This document shows, in pieces, positions 45,763-55,988 of a stretch of 64,000 bases of DNA. The notes beneath the pieces are model-generated. The model had not been told where the DNA came from and did not search any database. It saw only the letters and a program-made list of their open reading frames with translations. The DNA lies in contig CAZEVT010000004.1 of NCBI GenBank assembly GCA_964515005.1, positions 4,302 to 68,301 on the forward strand. The letters run 5' to 3'. Numbering within the stretch: position 1 is the stretch's first letter; each line of letters begins with the position of its first letter. The DNA is from an uncultured Gammaproteobacteria bacterium (lineage in GTDB: Bacteria > Patescibacteriota > Microgenomatia > UBA10105 > UBA927). The translations under genes were made by a program, and so were the position numbers.

Positions 45763-46875
45763 ATGAAGGTAGTTATCGTCCTTCCGACCTACAACGAACG
45801 AGAAAATATTATTCCGCTTCTTGGTGAGTTGAGACAAGTCTTCCGTGGGGTAAAGAACCATACTATTTCATATTTGGTCGTTGACGACACATCACCCGAC
45901 GGTACCGCCGCGGCGGTTGACGAATACAGAAAAAAACATTCGGATGTGTCCATCATTGTGGGGAAGAAAGAAGGGTTGGGAAAAGCCCTACTCCGCGGCA
46001 TGACGCACGCGGTGGGTGAGATGGGGGCCGATGTCATATTACAGATGGACGCGGATCTGTCGCACGACCCAAAAGTAGCCCCGGAGTTTTTGAAAGCGAT
46101 AGACAACGGTGCCAATTTCGTCGTCGGCAGCCGCTATATTCCCGGCGGATCAATTCCGGACAATTGGGGCATTCACCGGAAGATTTTCAGCCGTGTGGGA
46201 AACGCCATAGTCCGGTTCGGGCTGGGGCACCCGGAGGTCCATGATTGGACAGGGGGATACCGGGCATACAGCAAAACATTTTATCAAGACCTCCACGCGC
46301 AGGTAAAAGGATACAGCGGGTATGTGTTTCAGATAGCATTCCTGCACAAAGCAATATTGCAAGGCGCCAATATAACCGAGGTGCCCATACATTTTACGGA
46401 CCGGCGCTTCGGACACTCAAAAATAGCCCCGGCAGAATATATAAAAAACGTCCTGAAGTATGTTGCGATTGTCCGCATGCGCGGCTCGTTCGGAAAGTTT
46501 TTGGTCGTCGGTGGATTCGGATTTATCATAAACGCGGTACTTCTGGTTGTGCTTCATGAGATTGCCCGAATGCCTGCAGTTGCCGCAAACCTCGTGGGCT
46601 CGGCGGTAGCCATATTTTCCAACTATAACTTCAATAATATGTGGACCTTCAAACACCGGAAAATTTTTGGCGTACGGAAATATGTGAAACAGCTGGTTTA
46701 TTTTTACGGAACGAGTGTGTTTGGCGTCGTCGTTATTCAAACCGGAACGATTTGGCTGGGTGTGCACCTTGTGGACCCCAGATATTACTTCTTATATTTT
46801 CTTATCGGTACCGGATTTCTCATGTTGTGGAATTTCACCATGTATTCAAAAGTTATTTGGAAAAAAATTAAATGA
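45763..46875 (+). CDS. GT2 glycosyltransferase (Dpm1-like) fused to a C-terminal GtrA-like 4-TM domain
   Basis: MKVVIVLPTYNERENI...VVDDTSPDGT GT2 N-terminus; C-terminal hydrophobic GtrA-like helices. Confidence 0.8.
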   Translation: MKVVIVLPTYNERENIIPLLGELRQVFRGVKNHTISYLVVDDTSPDGTAAAVDEYRKKHSDVSIIVGKKEGLGKALLRGMTHAVGEMGADVILQMDADLSHDPKVAPEFLKAIDNGANFVVGSRYIPGGSIPDNWGIHRKIFSRVGNAIVRFGLGHPEVHDWTGGYRAYSKTFYQDLHAQVKGYSGYVFQIAFLHKAILQGANITEVPIHFTDRRFGHSKIAPAEYIKNVLKYVAIVRMRGSFGKFLVVGGFGFIINAVLLVVLHEIARMPAVAANLVGSAVAIFSNYNFNNMWTFKHRKIFGVRKYVKQLVYFYGTSVFGVVVIQTGTIWLGVHLVDPRYYFLYFLIGTGFLMLWNFTMYSKVIWKKIK

Positions 46876-48329
46876 AACGTTGGTGGATGGTTCCTTTGGT
46901 TGTCATTCTCCTTATCGCCGCGTACCTGCGGCTTCATGATATCGCAGGCTACATGACCTTCCTGGGAGACGAGGGGAGGGACGTCCTCATCGTCAAACGG
47001 ATGCTCGTTGATCATACGTTTACGCTTCTTGGCCCGACGGCCTCGGTTGGCGGATTTTTCTTAGGCCCCATCTATTACTACTTCATGCTTCCGTTTTTGT
47101 GGGCCTGGCAGCTCAACCCGGTGGGACCGGCGGTTATGGTCGCCCTCTTTGGCATCGCAACGGTTTTTTTGGTTTTTAAAGTCGGCAAGGAATTCTTTCA
47201 CCCGTGGGTAGGGCTTATTGCCGCGAGTTTATATGCGTTATCGCCGCTGGTTATTGCTTATTCCCGTTCATCCTGGAATCCGAATCTCGTGCCTTTCTTT
47301 TCTCTTCTTTTCATATATCTTTTATGGAAAAAGTCTCTCCTTTTTGCAGGTTTGGCTCTGGGTATTGGACTTCAGCTTCACTATTTATTTCTTTTCCTTT
47401 TCGTCGTTACCGGAGTTTGGCTTTTGATAGAGCGGAAAAGCCCGATACCGGTATTGGTAGGATTTGTCATCGGCTACAGCCCATTTCTCTTGTTTGAACT
47501 GCGTCACTCCTTCCCCAACACACAATCGATCATCCGCTTTGTACTTGCAGGTCAGGATACCGGATTTAGGCCAGGATTTTTCACTATTGTTGACGAGGTG
47601 CTTTTCCGGTCATTTGGCCGCCTCCTGTTTCGCTTGCCGGACGGCTCCCTTTGGGACAAACTGCCTAGCTGGCAGCTCTATAGCTGGTTTATTGTCACAC
47701 GGGTGACGATATTTTTGGGTGTGGCATATCTTGCGATGAAACGCGCAAACCGGTCAGCTACATTATTACTGCTCTGGCTAGCTACGGTCGTTATTCTATT
47801 CGGTTTTTATCAAAAGGGGATTTATGATTATTATTTCGGCATCCTGTTTCCATTGCCGTTTTTACTTGTTGGACTGCTTCTCTACTCCTTATGGAAAACA
47901 CGCGTTGGGAAAGTGGCCGCTGTCGTTTTGTGGGTGGCCCTTCTATGGTTTAACTGGCAGGGGAGACCATTTTTACACGAGCCGAATAATCAACTCGCGC
48001 AGGCCCGTCGTATCGCGGAAACGGCGCTGGCACACACCGGCGGCAAGCCGTTTAATTTCGCCCTTATCACCGGCGCCAACTCTGACCATGTCTACCGCTA
48101 CTTTTTTGAGATTGCAGGACAGGCTCCGGTAACGATTGAAAACAATCAGATAGACCCGGAGAGAAAAACGGTGACGGATCAGCTTATTGTTATATGCGAA
48201 CTGAACGATTGTAAACCGCTGGGGCACCCATTGTGGGAAATCGCAGGATTCGGCCGCGCGGAAATTGTGGGAACCTGGGATGTGCCGTTTGTGAAAATAT
48301 TCCGGCTCGTGCACTATACTGGAACATGA
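46872..48329 (+). CDS. GT39/ArnT-like membrane glycosyltransferase
   Basis: multi-TM with the YLRLHDIAGYMTFLGDEGRD motif typical of PMT/ArnT-fold enzymes. Confidence 0.7.
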   Translation: MKRWWMVPLVVILLIAAYLRLHDIAGYMTFLGDEGRDVLIVKRMLVDHTFTLLGPTASVGGFFLGPIYYYFMLPFLWAWQLNPVGPAVMVALFGIATVFLVFKVGKEFFHPWVGLIAASLYALSPLVIAYSRSSWNPNLVPFFSLLFIYLLWKKSLLFAGLALGIGLQLHYLFLFLFVVTGVWLLIERKSPIPVLVGFVIGYSPFLLFELRHSFPNTQSIIRFVLAGQDTGFRPGFFTIVDEVLFRSFGRLLFRLPDGSLWDKLPSWQLYSWFIVTRVTIFLGVAYLAMKRANRSATLLLLWLATVVILFGFYQKGIYDYYFGILFPLPFLLVGLLLYSLWKTRVGKVAAVVLWVALLWFNWQGRPFLHEPNNQLAQARRIAETALAHTGGKPFNFALITGANSDHVYRYFFEIAGQAPVTIENNQIDPERKTVTDQLIVICELNDCKPLGHPLWEIAGFGRAEIVGTWDVPFVKIFRLVHYTGT

Positions 48330-49081
48330 TGAAACCGTTGAAACTATCAATTGTCATACCTGCATATAATGAGGAAACGAATATCCGTTTAGGCGCGCTT
48401 GATAAGGTTTCCAGGTACCTCGATCAGCAAACATTCTCTTGGGAGGCCCTTATTGTTGACGACGGATCGGGTGACGGCACTCCTGAGTTACTTGACGCCT
48501 TTGCCAAGGCCAACAAAAGATTTTCCGTTATCCACAATCCACACCAGGGCAAAGCGGCAACGGTGATCACCGGTGTGATGGCAGCCGCGGGAGACATCGT
48601 CCTGTTTACCGATCTTGATCAGGCGACGCCGATTACCGAGCTTGCCCAGATACTTCCTTGGTTTGACCGGGGGTTTGACGTGGTCATCGGGTCACGGAGT
48701 GCTCGCAGGCAAGGAGCACCGTTCACCCGCCGTATTATGGCGCGCGGGTTTATGATGATCCGGGGACTCATCCTGGGTCTTCGGGGAATCGTCGATACGC
48801 AGTGCGGCTTTAAAGCATTTAGGAAAGGCGTTGCCCGTGACATTTTTCAAAGGCTGAAGCTCTACGGTGCGCGACATGCAGCGAGCGGGTCTATGGTGAC
48901 GGCGGGATTTGATATCGAAGTACTCTTTTTGGCTAAAAAATTGGGGTATAAAATCCGCGAAGTCCCGGTTGAATGGCATTACGTTGAGACACGCCGGGTC
49001 AACCCGATCGTCGATTCAATACAGGGATTTTCTGACATCCTGAAGATCCGCGTCAACGCATGGCAAGGACTGTATGGATAA
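48326..49081 (+). CDS. GT2 glycosyltransferase (DPM/DPG-synthase-like)
   Basis: LSIVIPAYNEETNI...LIVDDGSGDGT. Confidence 0.85.
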   Translation: MMKPLKLSIVIPAYNEETNIRLGALDKVSRYLDQQTFSWEALIVDDGSGDGTPELLDAFAKANKRFSVIHNPHQGKAATVITGVMAAAGDIVLFTDLDQATPITELAQILPWFDRGFDVVIGSRSARRQGAPFTRRIMARGFMMIRGLILGLRGIVDTQCGFKAFRKGVARDIFQRLKLYGARHAASGSMVTAGFDIEVLFLAKKLGYKIREVPVEWHYVETRRVNPIVDSIQGFSDILKIRVNAWQGLYG

Positions 49082-50213
49082 AAAATTACTCATCGGATAC
49101 CTGTTTGCCGCGCTTGCACTTTTCTTGTTTTCCTACACGCAGGTAGATTTAAGTCTTACACTCTCGCGCTTCAGCGTCTTTCAAACGGTTCAAAAAAGTT
49201 TTCAATATATTGGATATTACCAACGGCCGATCGCGACGGTGATGTTTGTAGGCCTCGTTTGCATTTTTTTCGCGCTTTACGCTCTTGCGCTCTTTCACAT
49301 CCGCCGCGGGACCATGAATCTCCGAAGCTTTTGGCGCATCGTCATTCCTATTACTGTGCTTCTTGTTTTTTCTTATCCGGCATTTTCTTATGACCTTTTC
49401 AACTACATGTTTGATGCCAAAACCATACTGGTCTATCACAAAAATCCGTATCTGGTTAGTCCCTTGCAGTTTACCGGGATTGAGCCGTGGCTTTCATTTA
49501 TGCACTGGACGCACGTGCCGAGCGCCTACATGCCCTTTTGGATTGTTCTTTCAATTCCCGCGTATCTTCTGGGGTTTGGATATTTCTTGACGATTATGTG
49601 GAGCTTCAAGGCGCTTATGGCGGCGGCCTACCTTGCGGCGATTTGGGGCATCGGAAAGATCCTCTCACGGCTGGACCCCAAGCAGGCGCTTTTGGGAATG
49701 GCAGCCTTTGCCCTCAACCCCTTAGTGATCTTTGAAAGTCTCGTAAGCGGGCACAATGATGTGGTCATGATGGCATTTGCGGTGGTTTCGTTTTACTTAT
49801 ACTTGTCTAAGAGACGCCTCGCATCGTTTATACTTCTTTCTTTCTCCGCGGCGACAAAAGTCATGACAGGCGCGCTTCTGCCTCTTTTTGTCATCGGTTG
49901 GCAGAGGAAGTGGTCGGTCGTTGCCATGGCTGCCGGATTTATATTTTTTATCCTCGTCACCAAACGCGAAATTTTACCCTGGTACCTCATGTGGTTTATT
50001 CCGTGGTACGCGCTTCTTCCGCGCATGAGCTGGCTTCGAACTCTCGGCACCGGGGCCTCGCTCGGGTTTCTCCTCTCCTACGCGCCCTTTCTCTATTTCG
50101 GCAACTACAATCCTCCCGTGCCAATGTTCAAGCTCTGGATTACGATGACGCCGGTTGCGCTTGTACTCGTTATCTCTTTAGTGAAGAGTGCAATAAAATT
50201 GCGCCAAGAATAA
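49074..50213 (+). CDS. polytopic membrane protein (possible GT-C-type), hypothetical
   Basis: 379 aa; at least nine hydrophobic helices. Confidence 0.55.
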   Translation: MDKKLLIGYLFAALALFLFSYTQVDLSLTLSRFSVFQTVQKSFQYIGYYQRPIATVMFVGLVCIFFALYALALFHIRRGTMNLRSFWRIVIPITVLLVFSYPAFSYDLFNYMFDAKTILVYHKNPYLVSPLQFTGIEPWLSFMHWTHVPSAYMPFWIVLSIPAYLLGFGYFLTIMWSFKALMAAAYLAAIWGIGKILSRLDPKQALLGMAAFALNPLVIFESLVSGHNDVVMMAFAVVSFYLYLSKRRLASFILLSFSAATKVMTGALLPLFVIGWQRKWSVVAMAAGFIFFILVTKREILPWYLMWFIPWYALLPRMSWLRTLGTGASLGFLLSYAPFLYFGNYNPPVPMFKLWITMTPVALVLVISLVKSAIKLRQE

Positions 50214-50351
50214 AAACTGCCCAAGAGATGATAAACAACGGAATATTCATAGTATTATATTATCTTTTTTTGGTTAATAAGTAAATAAAAATGAAAAGTA
50301 ACCCAGTAAGAAATGTCGCAAAGGAAAAAATATTGAGCAGTTGATCTGAAT

Positions 50352-50663
50352 TCATAGCCTTTTGTTTTTGATTACGGATAGAGAGAAAGTCAAAGATACG
50401 AGAGCCAGAACGAGGCCCCATACTCCCGGAATATAGATTTCTGAAACTTTTTTCAAGGCCAGGATTGGTGCAATAATTCCTCCGGCAAACCATGCGACTC
50501 CCAAGTTGGCTAAAAACTCGGATAGAATTTTTCTCTGATCGAGATTCAATCTCACTACTATTAGTCTAGCAAGACTCCTTCGTTTTATCAACCAAGAATT
50601 TGCCCCCCAAACCGCGCTCGAGTATAATTTAAGCATGGCCATTTTTAAGCGGGGGTGGGTCAA
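50352..50663 (-). CDS. small membrane protein, hypothetical
   Basis: 103-aa ORF with two hydrophobic helices; its TGA overlaps the ATG of a 31-codon single-TM ORF (50260..50355) as ATGA. Confidence 0.4.
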   Translation of the reverse strand: MTHPRLKMAMLKLYSSAVWGANSWLIKRRSLARLIVVRLNLDQRKILSEFLANLGVAWFAGGIIAPILALKKVSEIYIPGVWGLVLALVSLTFSLSVIKNKRL

Positions 50664-52140
50664 GTTACTCCTTCTTATAGGGGGTTTGACAGCGCTTTAC
50701 CTAGTCACGAGGCTGACTAACCTCACCGATCTGCCTATATTTACCGATGAGGCTATCTATATCCGCTGGGCTCAGATAGGGAGCCGGGACGCTAATTGGC
50801 GCTATATATCGCTTGTTGACGGCAAACAGCCACTATTCACTTGGATTATGATGGTATTCTTGCGCTTTATCCACGATCCGCTTCTTGCCGGTAGACTGGT
50901 TTCCGTTGTTGCCGGAGGAGTCACCACGGCCGGCATGTGGGTAACGGCGTATGAGCTATTTAAAAGCAGGAAGGTGGCAATAGCCGCGAGCCTCGTCTAT
51001 ATTCTTATTCCATTCGGCCTCATGTATGACCGCATGGCCCTGTATGACTCGCTTTCGGCCGCCCTCTCCATATGGAGCCTTTACCTTTCCATACTGCTTG
51101 TTCGCCGCGTGAGGCTGGATGCGGCTCTTCTTTTGGGCATGTCTTTGGGGCTCGGGATGCTCAATAAAACTTCCGGTTTTTTGAGTCTGTATATGCTTCC
51201 TGGTACGCTCCTTCTTTTTGACTGGACGAAGCGGGACCGGCTCAAAAGGGTAGTAAAGTGGGTGGGACTTGCCTTCATTGCCGCGATTCTCTCGCTTCTT
51301 ATGTATAGTGTTCTTCGCCTGTCTCCTCTTTTTGCCATGATCGGACAAAAAGATACCGTATTTGTGTATTCGATCAAAGAATGGTTTACCCACCCCTTTA
51401 ATTTTGTATTTGGTAATTTGCGCGGGCTTTTTGACTGGGATATTCACTACCTTACCTGGCCGGTATTTGTTGTAGCTATTCTTTCAGGACTATCTTTGTG
51501 GAAATGGCCACGGGAGAAGCTTCTTCTTTTGGGCTGGTGGTTTGCGCCGTTTTTTGCCCTCGCCACGGTCGGCCGCGTGCTGTACCCTCGCTTTATACTG
51601 TTTATGAGCCTGCCCCTCATGATCCTTGCGGGTGTCGGGGTCGTCTGGGTTTGGGAGAGGCTGCGTGCTTCTATTTGGCGCTGGGTTCTTATCGGGACGC
51701 TTTTTGTGGGAAGCATATATACCGACTTTTATATTATCACCAACCCTTTGTATGCGCCTATTCCGTATGCTGATGCGGGGCAGTATATTGACGACTGGCC
51801 GTCAGGGTGGGGAATTCCGGAGGTCAACGCATTTTTGGCAGAAGAGTCAAAAAAAGGGAAAATAAGTATATTTACGGACGGAACATTCGGACTCCTGCCG
51901 TACGCGATAGAAATATATCACGTAGATAATCCGAATATAAAAATTAAAGGCCTCTATCCGATTGCGGAACTGACGCCGGATGAGATGATTGCCGACGCAA
52001 AAGACCACCCGACCTATGTTCTTTTTAATCAGCAGCAGTACACGCCGCCTTGGCCTTTGCGGCTTATTGCGGAATATCAAAAAGGGAAACGAACGGACAT
52101 GCATATGCGCCTTTTTGAGGTACTACCGCCTTCGCTATGA
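50635..52140 (+). CDS. GT39/ArnT-like membrane glycosyltransferase
   Basis: TRLTNLTDLPIFTDEAIYIRWAQ motif and multi-TM PMT-like fold. Confidence 0.7.
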   Translation: MAIFKRGWVKLLLLIGGLTALYLVTRLTNLTDLPIFTDEAIYIRWAQIGSRDANWRYISLVDGKQPLFTWIMMVFLRFIHDPLLAGRLVSVVAGGVTTAGMWVTAYELFKSRKVAIAASLVYILIPFGLMYDRMALYDSLSAALSIWSLYLSILLVRRVRLDAALLLGMSLGLGMLNKTSGFLSLYMLPGTLLLFDWTKRDRLKRVVKWVGLAFIAAILSLLMYSVLRLSPLFAMIGQKDTVFVYSIKEWFTHPFNFVFGNLRGLFDWDIHYLTWPVFVVAILSGLSLWKWPREKLLLLGWWFAPFFALATVGRVLYPRFILFMSLPLMILAGVGVVWVWERLRASIWRWVLIGTLFVGSIYTDFYIITNPLYAPIPYADAGQYIDDWPSGWGIPEVNAFLAEESKKGKISIFTDGTFGLLPYAIEIYHVDNPNIKIKGLYPIAELTPDEMIADAKDHPTYVLFNQQQYTPPWPLRLIAEYQKGKRTDMHMRLFEVLPPSL

Positions 52141-53669
52141 AACGGAAAGAGCGCCTCACCGTATGGATATTTCTCGTCCTCCTTGCCGTAGGCATTGTTT
52201 GTTTGCCGCTTTTTCGCCCGGGATTTTTCGTATCGGATGACGGTGGATGGATGATTATCCGCTTAAGCGCGTTTTATCAAAGTTTTCGTGAGGGGCAGTT
52301 TCCCGTTCGGTTTTTGGGAAGACTGAACAATAGCTATGGATATCCGGTCGCAAACTTCCTCTATCCGGGATTTATGTATATCGGGTCCTTCATACATGCT
52401 CTGGGATTTTCATTCGTGGATACGATAAAAATTATTCTCGGCGGATCGATACTCACCGGTTCGCTCTTCACGTTCCTTTGGCTCAAAAAATACTTTTCCC
52501 CCATGGCAAGTTTCATCGGGGCCATCGGATTTACCACAGCGCCGTACGTGCTTTTCGATCTGTACCACCGCGGATCCGTGGGTGAGGTTCTCGCACTCGC
52601 CTGGGCAGCCATGGGTCTTTACAGTATCGCGGCAAAAAAGCCCTGGCTCTTCGGGCTTGCCGTACCACTTCTTATTCTTTCCCATAACACGCTTGCGCTT
52701 TTATTCTTGGCATTTTTTGCCGCGTACATTACCTTTTTACGTCTGTGGCGGGAGTTTTGGTTTATGTTTGCAGTAGGGGTGGGCATGAGTGCATTTTTCT
52801 GGCTTCCCGCCATCTACGAACGCAAGTATGTGGTATTTGACCGCACCCTGGTGGCAACTGCCAATGAATTCTTCGTTACCATCTCCAATATGGGGCTCGT
52901 GGGTTTATCCGGGCTCATTGGTGCCACGGTTTCCCTCACTATTTTCAAGCCGCTTCGGCGAGAAAAAGTATTTTTCTTTACTTTCCTTCTCGCTTCGCTT
53001 TTTATGGCTCTGCCAGTAAGCCAGGTGGTGTGGAAGCTGCCGATATTTACGTCAATTATCCAGTTCCCGTACCGTTTTTTGTCACTTGCCGTATTTGCCT
53101 CCGTATGGCTGATGGCGTATGCGCTTTCATTTGCCAAAAGAAATGTGCCTCCTTTTCTTTTTTGCTTTTTTGTGGGGGCCGCAATTTTCAATACCTATGG
53201 GGCGCTGCGCCGGGTAGTTCCGACGCATGAGCCTGAAGGGTACTATACGACCAATGAGGGCACGACCAATGTGGCAGACGAATATATGCCCAAATGGGTC
53301 AGCCGGAAGCCGGCAGGTCGCGCAAGCGAGCGCCTACTTTTTTACGACGGGGGTGGAACAATTGTTGAAAATCGAGTGACCACACAAACCATAGACGTAA
53401 CCATCAGAGCCGCCCAGGACAGCGTCGTACAGGTAAACACCGTGTACTACCCGGGATGGGGTGCAACAGTTGATGGGACAAAGGCGCGCCTGGACTATAC
53501 CAATATGGAAGGGCTCATGCGGATTCCGGTTCCGGCCGGAGAGCATCATCTGATCATTGCGTTTCGGGAGACAATTTCCCGGTTCCTTGCGGACATGGTC
53601 TCGCTGGGGAGCATTGCGGCCTATATTTTCATACGTGTTCTGAATTTGAAAAAGTCTCGGAAAAAATGA
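52137..53669 (+). CDS. polytopic membrane protein, paralog A (putative GT-C-like)
   Basis: DDGGWMIIRLSAFYQSFREGQFPVRFLGRLNNSYGYPVANF shared with the next gene. Confidence 0.6.
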   Translation: MKRKERLTVWIFLVLLAVGIVCLPLFRPGFFVSDDGGWMIIRLSAFYQSFREGQFPVRFLGRLNNSYGYPVANFLYPGFMYIGSFIHALGFSFVDTIKIILGGSILTGSLFTFLWLKKYFSPMASFIGAIGFTTAPYVLFDLYHRGSVGEVLALAWAAMGLYSIAAKKPWLFGLAVPLLILSHNTLALLFLAFFAAYITFLRLWREFWFMFAVGVGMSAFFWLPAIYERKYVVFDRTLVATANEFFVTISNMGLVGLSGLIGATVSLTIFKPLRREKVFFFTFLLASLFMALPVSQVVWKLPIFTSIIQFPYRFLSLAVFASVWLMAYALSFAKRNVPPFLFCFFVGAAIFNTYGALRRVVPTHEPEGYYTTNEGTTNVADEYMPKWVSRKPAGRASERLLFYDGGGTIVENRVTTQTIDVTIRAAQDSVVQVNTVYYPGWGATVDGTKARLDYTNMEGLMRIPVPAGEHHLIIAFRETISRFLADMVSLGSIAAYIFIRVLNLKKSRKK

Positions 53670-55273
53670 AAAAAATTATCGGATGTATTATCGTCATTAT
53701 TCTTTCCTACTGGACCGTGCGTCCGCTTCTTGGCGGCGGATACTTTCCGATGCACGATGATACGCAGGTTGCCCGGGTTGTTGAGATGGGGCGGGCACTC
53801 CGCGAAGGACAAGTCCCGGTCCGCTGGGTATCCAATCTGGGGTACGGGTACGGGTATCCTATTTTTAACTTTTACGGCCCGCTGCCGTATTATGTCGGGG
53901 GATTTTTCTATGCGCTTGGGTTTGCGGGGCTTACCGCCACAAAAATCATGATGGGTATCGGGCTGGTGGGAGGCGCGGTGACCATGTACCTTGCGGCCGC
54001 GGAAATCCTTGGCACTTCCGCGGGAATCTTGGCCGCCGCCATCTATATGTATGCGCCGTATCGGGCAGTTGATGTATATGTTCGGGGTGCGGTCGGGGAG
54101 TATTTTGCGCTTATTTTCCTACCGCTCATATTTCTAGGATTTTGGCGTAAAAATATTCTTGTTGGGGCACTAGGTATCGCAGGTCTCATTTTGTCTCATA
54201 CAATCCTCGGATATGCGGGTATGGTTTTTGTAATCCTGGCAGTTCTGGTTATGCGGATGCCAAAAAGGATTTTGTTTCTCGTCCTCTTGGGCCTTGGGTT
54301 GTCCGCATTTTTTTGGTTGCCTGCCATAACCGAAATGAAGTACACCAATGTGGAAAGTCAAATCAGTGCGACCGCCGACTTTCGCGACCATTTCGTGTGT
54401 CTCCCTCAACTCTGGAATTCGTACTGGGGATTCGGAGGATCTGCCAAAGGATGCCTGGACGGGCTATCCTTTAAAGTCGGGAAAGTGCATCTTTTGCTCG
54501 CAGCACTTTCACTTTTAGGAATTCTTTTTGGGTTCCTCAGGTCGAAGCAAGCGCGTACGGTCGTGCTCGCGGGGCTTTCTATTTTTCTTCTTTCCGTATT
54601 TTTTATGCTTCCCGCATCGCTTTCTGTCTGGGGGTTTTTACCGCTCTTTTCGTACGTTCAGTACCCCTGGCGGTTTCTGGCGTTTGCCATATTCGGCGTC
54701 TCTCTTATGGGGAGCGGATTTGCGCTTGTCTTCCGGCCGAAAATTTTGCGGTGGCTCGCCGTATCGGCGGGCATAGTAATCCTTTTGGTTGTGGAGGCTA
54801 AGCGGTTTGTGCCGCAGTATACGTATGGGAAAGAACCTGCCGAGTTTGAATCTGTAAAAGACATCAGATTTCGTGCATCTAAAGTTTCCGACGAATATCT
54901 GCCGCCTGCAGTTGTCAGGCCCTCAAAAGAAGAAGATATTCTTTTTGATACAATACCAAGATCCGATAATTATGAGCTCTTGGTGGAACAGGACACGAAT
55001 ACATACAAGAAGTTTAGCGTCCGTTCTGGGATTGATAATACGATCATAGTCAGAAGTGCATATTTTCCGGGGTGGCACTACATGGTGAATGAAAACGTTG
55101 TGTACCCCACCATTGAAAACGGATTACCCCTTATCAGGGTGCCCGCGGGTTTTAGCGTCGTGCAAATGTGGTTTCGGGATACAGGCGTCCGGGTAGTGGG
55201 GAATATATTGAGTCTCATATCACTCGGTGTTTATTTTTATCTTTATGACAAACGGAAAAAAACAAACTCTTAA
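53666..55273 (+). CDS. polytopic membrane protein, paralog B (putative GT-C-like)
   Basis: HDDTQVARVVEMGRALREGQVPVRWVSNLGYGYGYPIFNF; same architecture with a terminal TM. Confidence 0.6.
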   Translation: MKKIIGCIIVIILSYWTVRPLLGGGYFPMHDDTQVARVVEMGRALREGQVPVRWVSNLGYGYGYPIFNFYGPLPYYVGGFFYALGFAGLTATKIMMGIGLVGGAVTMYLAAAEILGTSAGILAAAIYMYAPYRAVDVYVRGAVGEYFALIFLPLIFLGFWRKNILVGALGIAGLILSHTILGYAGMVFVILAVLVMRMPKRILFLVLLGLGLSAFFWLPAITEMKYTNVESQISATADFRDHFVCLPQLWNSYWGFGGSAKGCLDGLSFKVGKVHLLLAALSLLGILFGFLRSKQARTVVLAGLSIFLLSVFFMLPASLSVWGFLPLFSYVQYPWRFLAFAIFGVSLMGSGFALVFRPKILRWLAVSAGIVILLVVEAKRFVPQYTYGKEPAEFESVKDIRFRASKVSDEYLPPAVVRPSKEEDILFDTIPRSDNYELLVEQDTNTYKKFSVRSGIDNTIIVRSAYFPGWHYMVNENVVYPTIENGLPLIRVPAGFSVVQMWFRDTGVRVVGNILSLISLGVYFYLYDKRKKTNS

Positions 55274-55988
55274 TATCGTCATACCGGTCTACAACGAGGA
55301 AAGAGAACTCGCCTCTAGCGTGCATACGCTTGAGTCTTACCTGCGGGAGCATATGACCGATTTTGCGTGGCATATCACGATTGCCGATAATGCTTCAACC
55401 GACACGACGCTCGCAATTGCCAAGAAGCTTTCCGGCGAGAGTCCCAAGGTTTCCTCTGTGCATTTACCACAGAAAGGCCGCGGCCGGGCCGTCAAAAAGG
55501 TATGGGAAAAAGACGCGTCAGATATCCAGGCGTACATGGATGTAGATCTCTCGACGGATCTTAAGCATTTTCCGCCGCTTATTCGGAGTCTTCTTTCTGG
55601 GTTTGATCTGGCAATCGGTACCAGAAACTCTTCGCGTTCGCGCGTTTCCGGAAGAAGTTTTCTTCGGACGATCACGTCAAAAACATATATTCTCCTTATC
55701 AAGCTGTTTTTCTGGGTCCACTTCACCGATGCGCAGTGCGGGTTTAAGGCAGTTACCCGGCGCGTCGTTGACGAAGTCATCCCAAAGGTGAGGGACAACG
55801 AGTGGTTTTTTGATACGGAACTTCTCATCTTTTCTGAAAAAATGGGGTACCGGATCTATGAAGAACCCGTAACCTGGATCGATAACCCGGGCTCCACGGT
55901 ACGCGTATTGAAGACTGCCCAAGGGGACCTCGCGGGACTGAAAAGATTATTTATGACGAAACCCTGGGAGGATCATGGAAGAGATTGA
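55245..55988 (+). CDS. GT2 glycosyltransferase
   Basis: LNIVIPVYNEERELA...DxD (YMDVDLSTD). Confidence 0.8.
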   Translation: MTNGKKQTLNIVIPVYNEERELASSVHTLESYLREHMTDFAWHITIADNASTDTTLAIAKKLSGESPKVSSVHLPQKGRGRAVKKVWEKDASDIQAYMDVDLSTDLKHFPPLIRSLLSGFDLAIGTRNSSRSRVSGRSFLRTITSKTYILLIKLFFWVHFTDAQCGFKAVTRRVVDEVIPKVRDNEWFFDTELLIFSEKMGYRIYEEPVTWIDNPGSTVRVLKTAQGDLAGLKRLFMTKPWEDHGRD

